The notes beneath the pieces are model-generated. The model saw only the letters and a list, made by a program, of their open reading frames with translations, had not been told where the DNA came from and made no database searches. This document shows, in pieces, positions 1 to 321 of a stretch of DNA of 321 bases (positions within the stretch are counted from its first letter, which is position 1; each line of letters begins with the position of its first letter). Origin of the DNA: a phage; sequence record MW074886.1. One strand, given 5' to 3'. Both the position numbers and the translations under genes were made by a program.

Positions 1-22
1 AATACGACTCACTAAAGGAGGT
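1..22 (+). promoter_or_regulatory. T7-type phage RNA polymerase promoter, class II-like (phi1.5-like), truncated at the 5' window edge
   Basis: Window bases 1-22 AATACGACTCACTAAAGGAGGT align to positions -16 to +6 of the T7 consensus TAATACGACTCACTATAGGGAGA. All 14 positions from -16 to -3 match; -2 is A instead of T and the initiating region is AGGAGG instead of GGGAGA, as in T7 class II promoters. The -17 T lies just outside the window. Predicted transcription start is the G at position 17. Confidence 0.9.
15..21 (+). promoter_or_regulatory. Shine-Dalgarno site for the gene 1.5-like ORF, embedded in the promoter initiation region
   Basis: AAGGAGG at 15-21, with GGAGG at 17-21 forming the first bases of the predicted transcript. 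The spacer to the ATG at 30 is 8 nt. Confidence 0.8.
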
Positions 23-29
23 ACACACC

Positions 30-119
30 ATGATGTACTTAATGCCATTACTCATCGTCATCATAGGATGCCTTGCGCTACACTGTAGTGATGACGATAT
101 GCCAGATGGTCACGCTTAA
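30..119 (+). CDS. 1.5: Gene 1.5-like micro-protein, 29 aa, hydrophobic N-terminus and acidic C-terminus, function unknown
   Basis: ORF from ATG 30-32 (tandem ATG ATG at 30-35) to TAA 117-119, 90 nt including stop. Translation: MMYLMPLLIVIIGCLALHCSDDDMPDGHA. A strong SD sits 8 nt upstream and the ORF lies directly after a class II phage promoter. Size and position match T7 gene 1.5 (29 codons) as I recall it. Confidence 0.8.
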   Translation: MMYLMPLLIVIIGCLALHCSDDDMPDGHA

Positions 120-124
120 GGAGG
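118..124 (+). promoter_or_regulatory. Shine-Dalgarno site for the downstream ORF, overlapping the stop codon of the upstream ORF
   Basis: AAGGAGG at 118-124. The TAA stop of the upstream ORF (117-119) overlaps it. The spacer to the ATG at 129 is 4 nt (CACT). Confidence 0.75.
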
Positions 125-128
125 CACT

Positions 129-321
129 ATGTGGCCCGCTTTATTATTCATCTTCGCTGCCTCCTCTCCGGCTGGAGGCTCAGTATCTCCTACTGTTACA
201 GCCATTGAGATGCCAACTCTCAGGGTATGCCAGTCAGTAGCAGAACAGCTCAAGGAGACACCAAAGCCGGGTAACGGATACGCTCAGTACACTTACAAGT
301 GCGTTGAGAAGAAGCCTAAGT
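129..321 (+). CDS. Hypothetical small protein in the gene 1.6 position of a T7-like early region, 3'-partial (continues past the window)
   Basis: ATG at 129-131 preceded by AAGGAGG; open frame through 320 with no stop (64 codons visible). Translation: MWPALLFIFAASSPAGGSVSPTVTAIEMPTLRVCQSVAEQLKETPKPGNGYAQYTYKCVEKKPK... Hydrophobic N-terminal segment followed by a polar, Lys/Pro-containing region with two Cys. Same strand as the upstream gene and tightly coupled to it. Confidence 0.7.
   Translation, partial: MWPALLFIFAASSPAGGSVSPTVTAIEMPTLRVCQSVAEQLKETPKPGNGYAQYTYKCVEKKPK

Noticed and set aside
30-35. Tandem ATG ATG as evidence of two alternative starts or a frameshift signal
   Set aside because: Both are in the same frame and adjacent; the SD spacing (8 vs 11 nt) favours the first. 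It is simply an N-terminal Met-Met.
105-131. Possible second T7-type promoter (phi1.6 equivalent) upstream of the downstream ORF
   Set aside because: Only a loose resemblance (CACGCTTAAGGAGGCAC). The conserved CGACTCACTA core is absent, so at most this is a remnant; the AAGGAGG is better explained as an SD.
159-185. Rho-independent terminator
   Set aside because: The 6-bp GC stem is not followed by a U-tract and lies inside an open reading frame.
119-205. Reverse-strand ORF (start codon complement CAT at 203-205, reading down to a stop at 116-118)
   Set aside because: Only about 28 codons, no recognisable SD, and fully embedded antisense in a well-supported + strand gene arrangement. All three minus-strand frames are interrupted by stops.
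210-321. Alternative internal start for the downstream ORF at ATG 210-212
   Set aside because: No convincing SD upstream of it (only GAG), whereas ATG 129 has AAGGAGG at proper distance; kept as an in-frame Met of the longer ORF.
1-321. CRISPR repeats, tRNA/rRNA, or insertion-sequence ends
   Set aside because: No repeated spacer-repeat periodicity, no cloverleaf-compatible segments or conserved tRNA boxes, and no terminal inverted repeats or transposase-like coding; the window is fully explained by a promoter plus two small phage ORFs.

Overview
This 321-bp window looks like the early (class II) region of a T7-like podophage (Autographiviridae), all on the + strand. It holds a near-consensus T7-type phage RNA polymerase promoter cut off at the 5' edge (positions 1-22), a complete 29-codon micro-ORF (30-119) that I recognise as the gene 1.5 equivalent, and the 5' part of a second ORF (129-321, runs off the window) tightly coupled to it. 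No second phage promoter separates the two ORFs, which from memory differs from T7, and the downstream product does not resemble what I recall of T7 gp1.6. I see no rRNA, tRNA, CRISPR or mobile element. The most interesting item is the downstream ORF: an uncharacterised small protein in a slot where T7-like phages often carry host-takeover or anti-defence genes. Its function cannot be inferred from 64 codons, and no multi-gene system is visible at this scale. All homology statements are from memory, not from a search.
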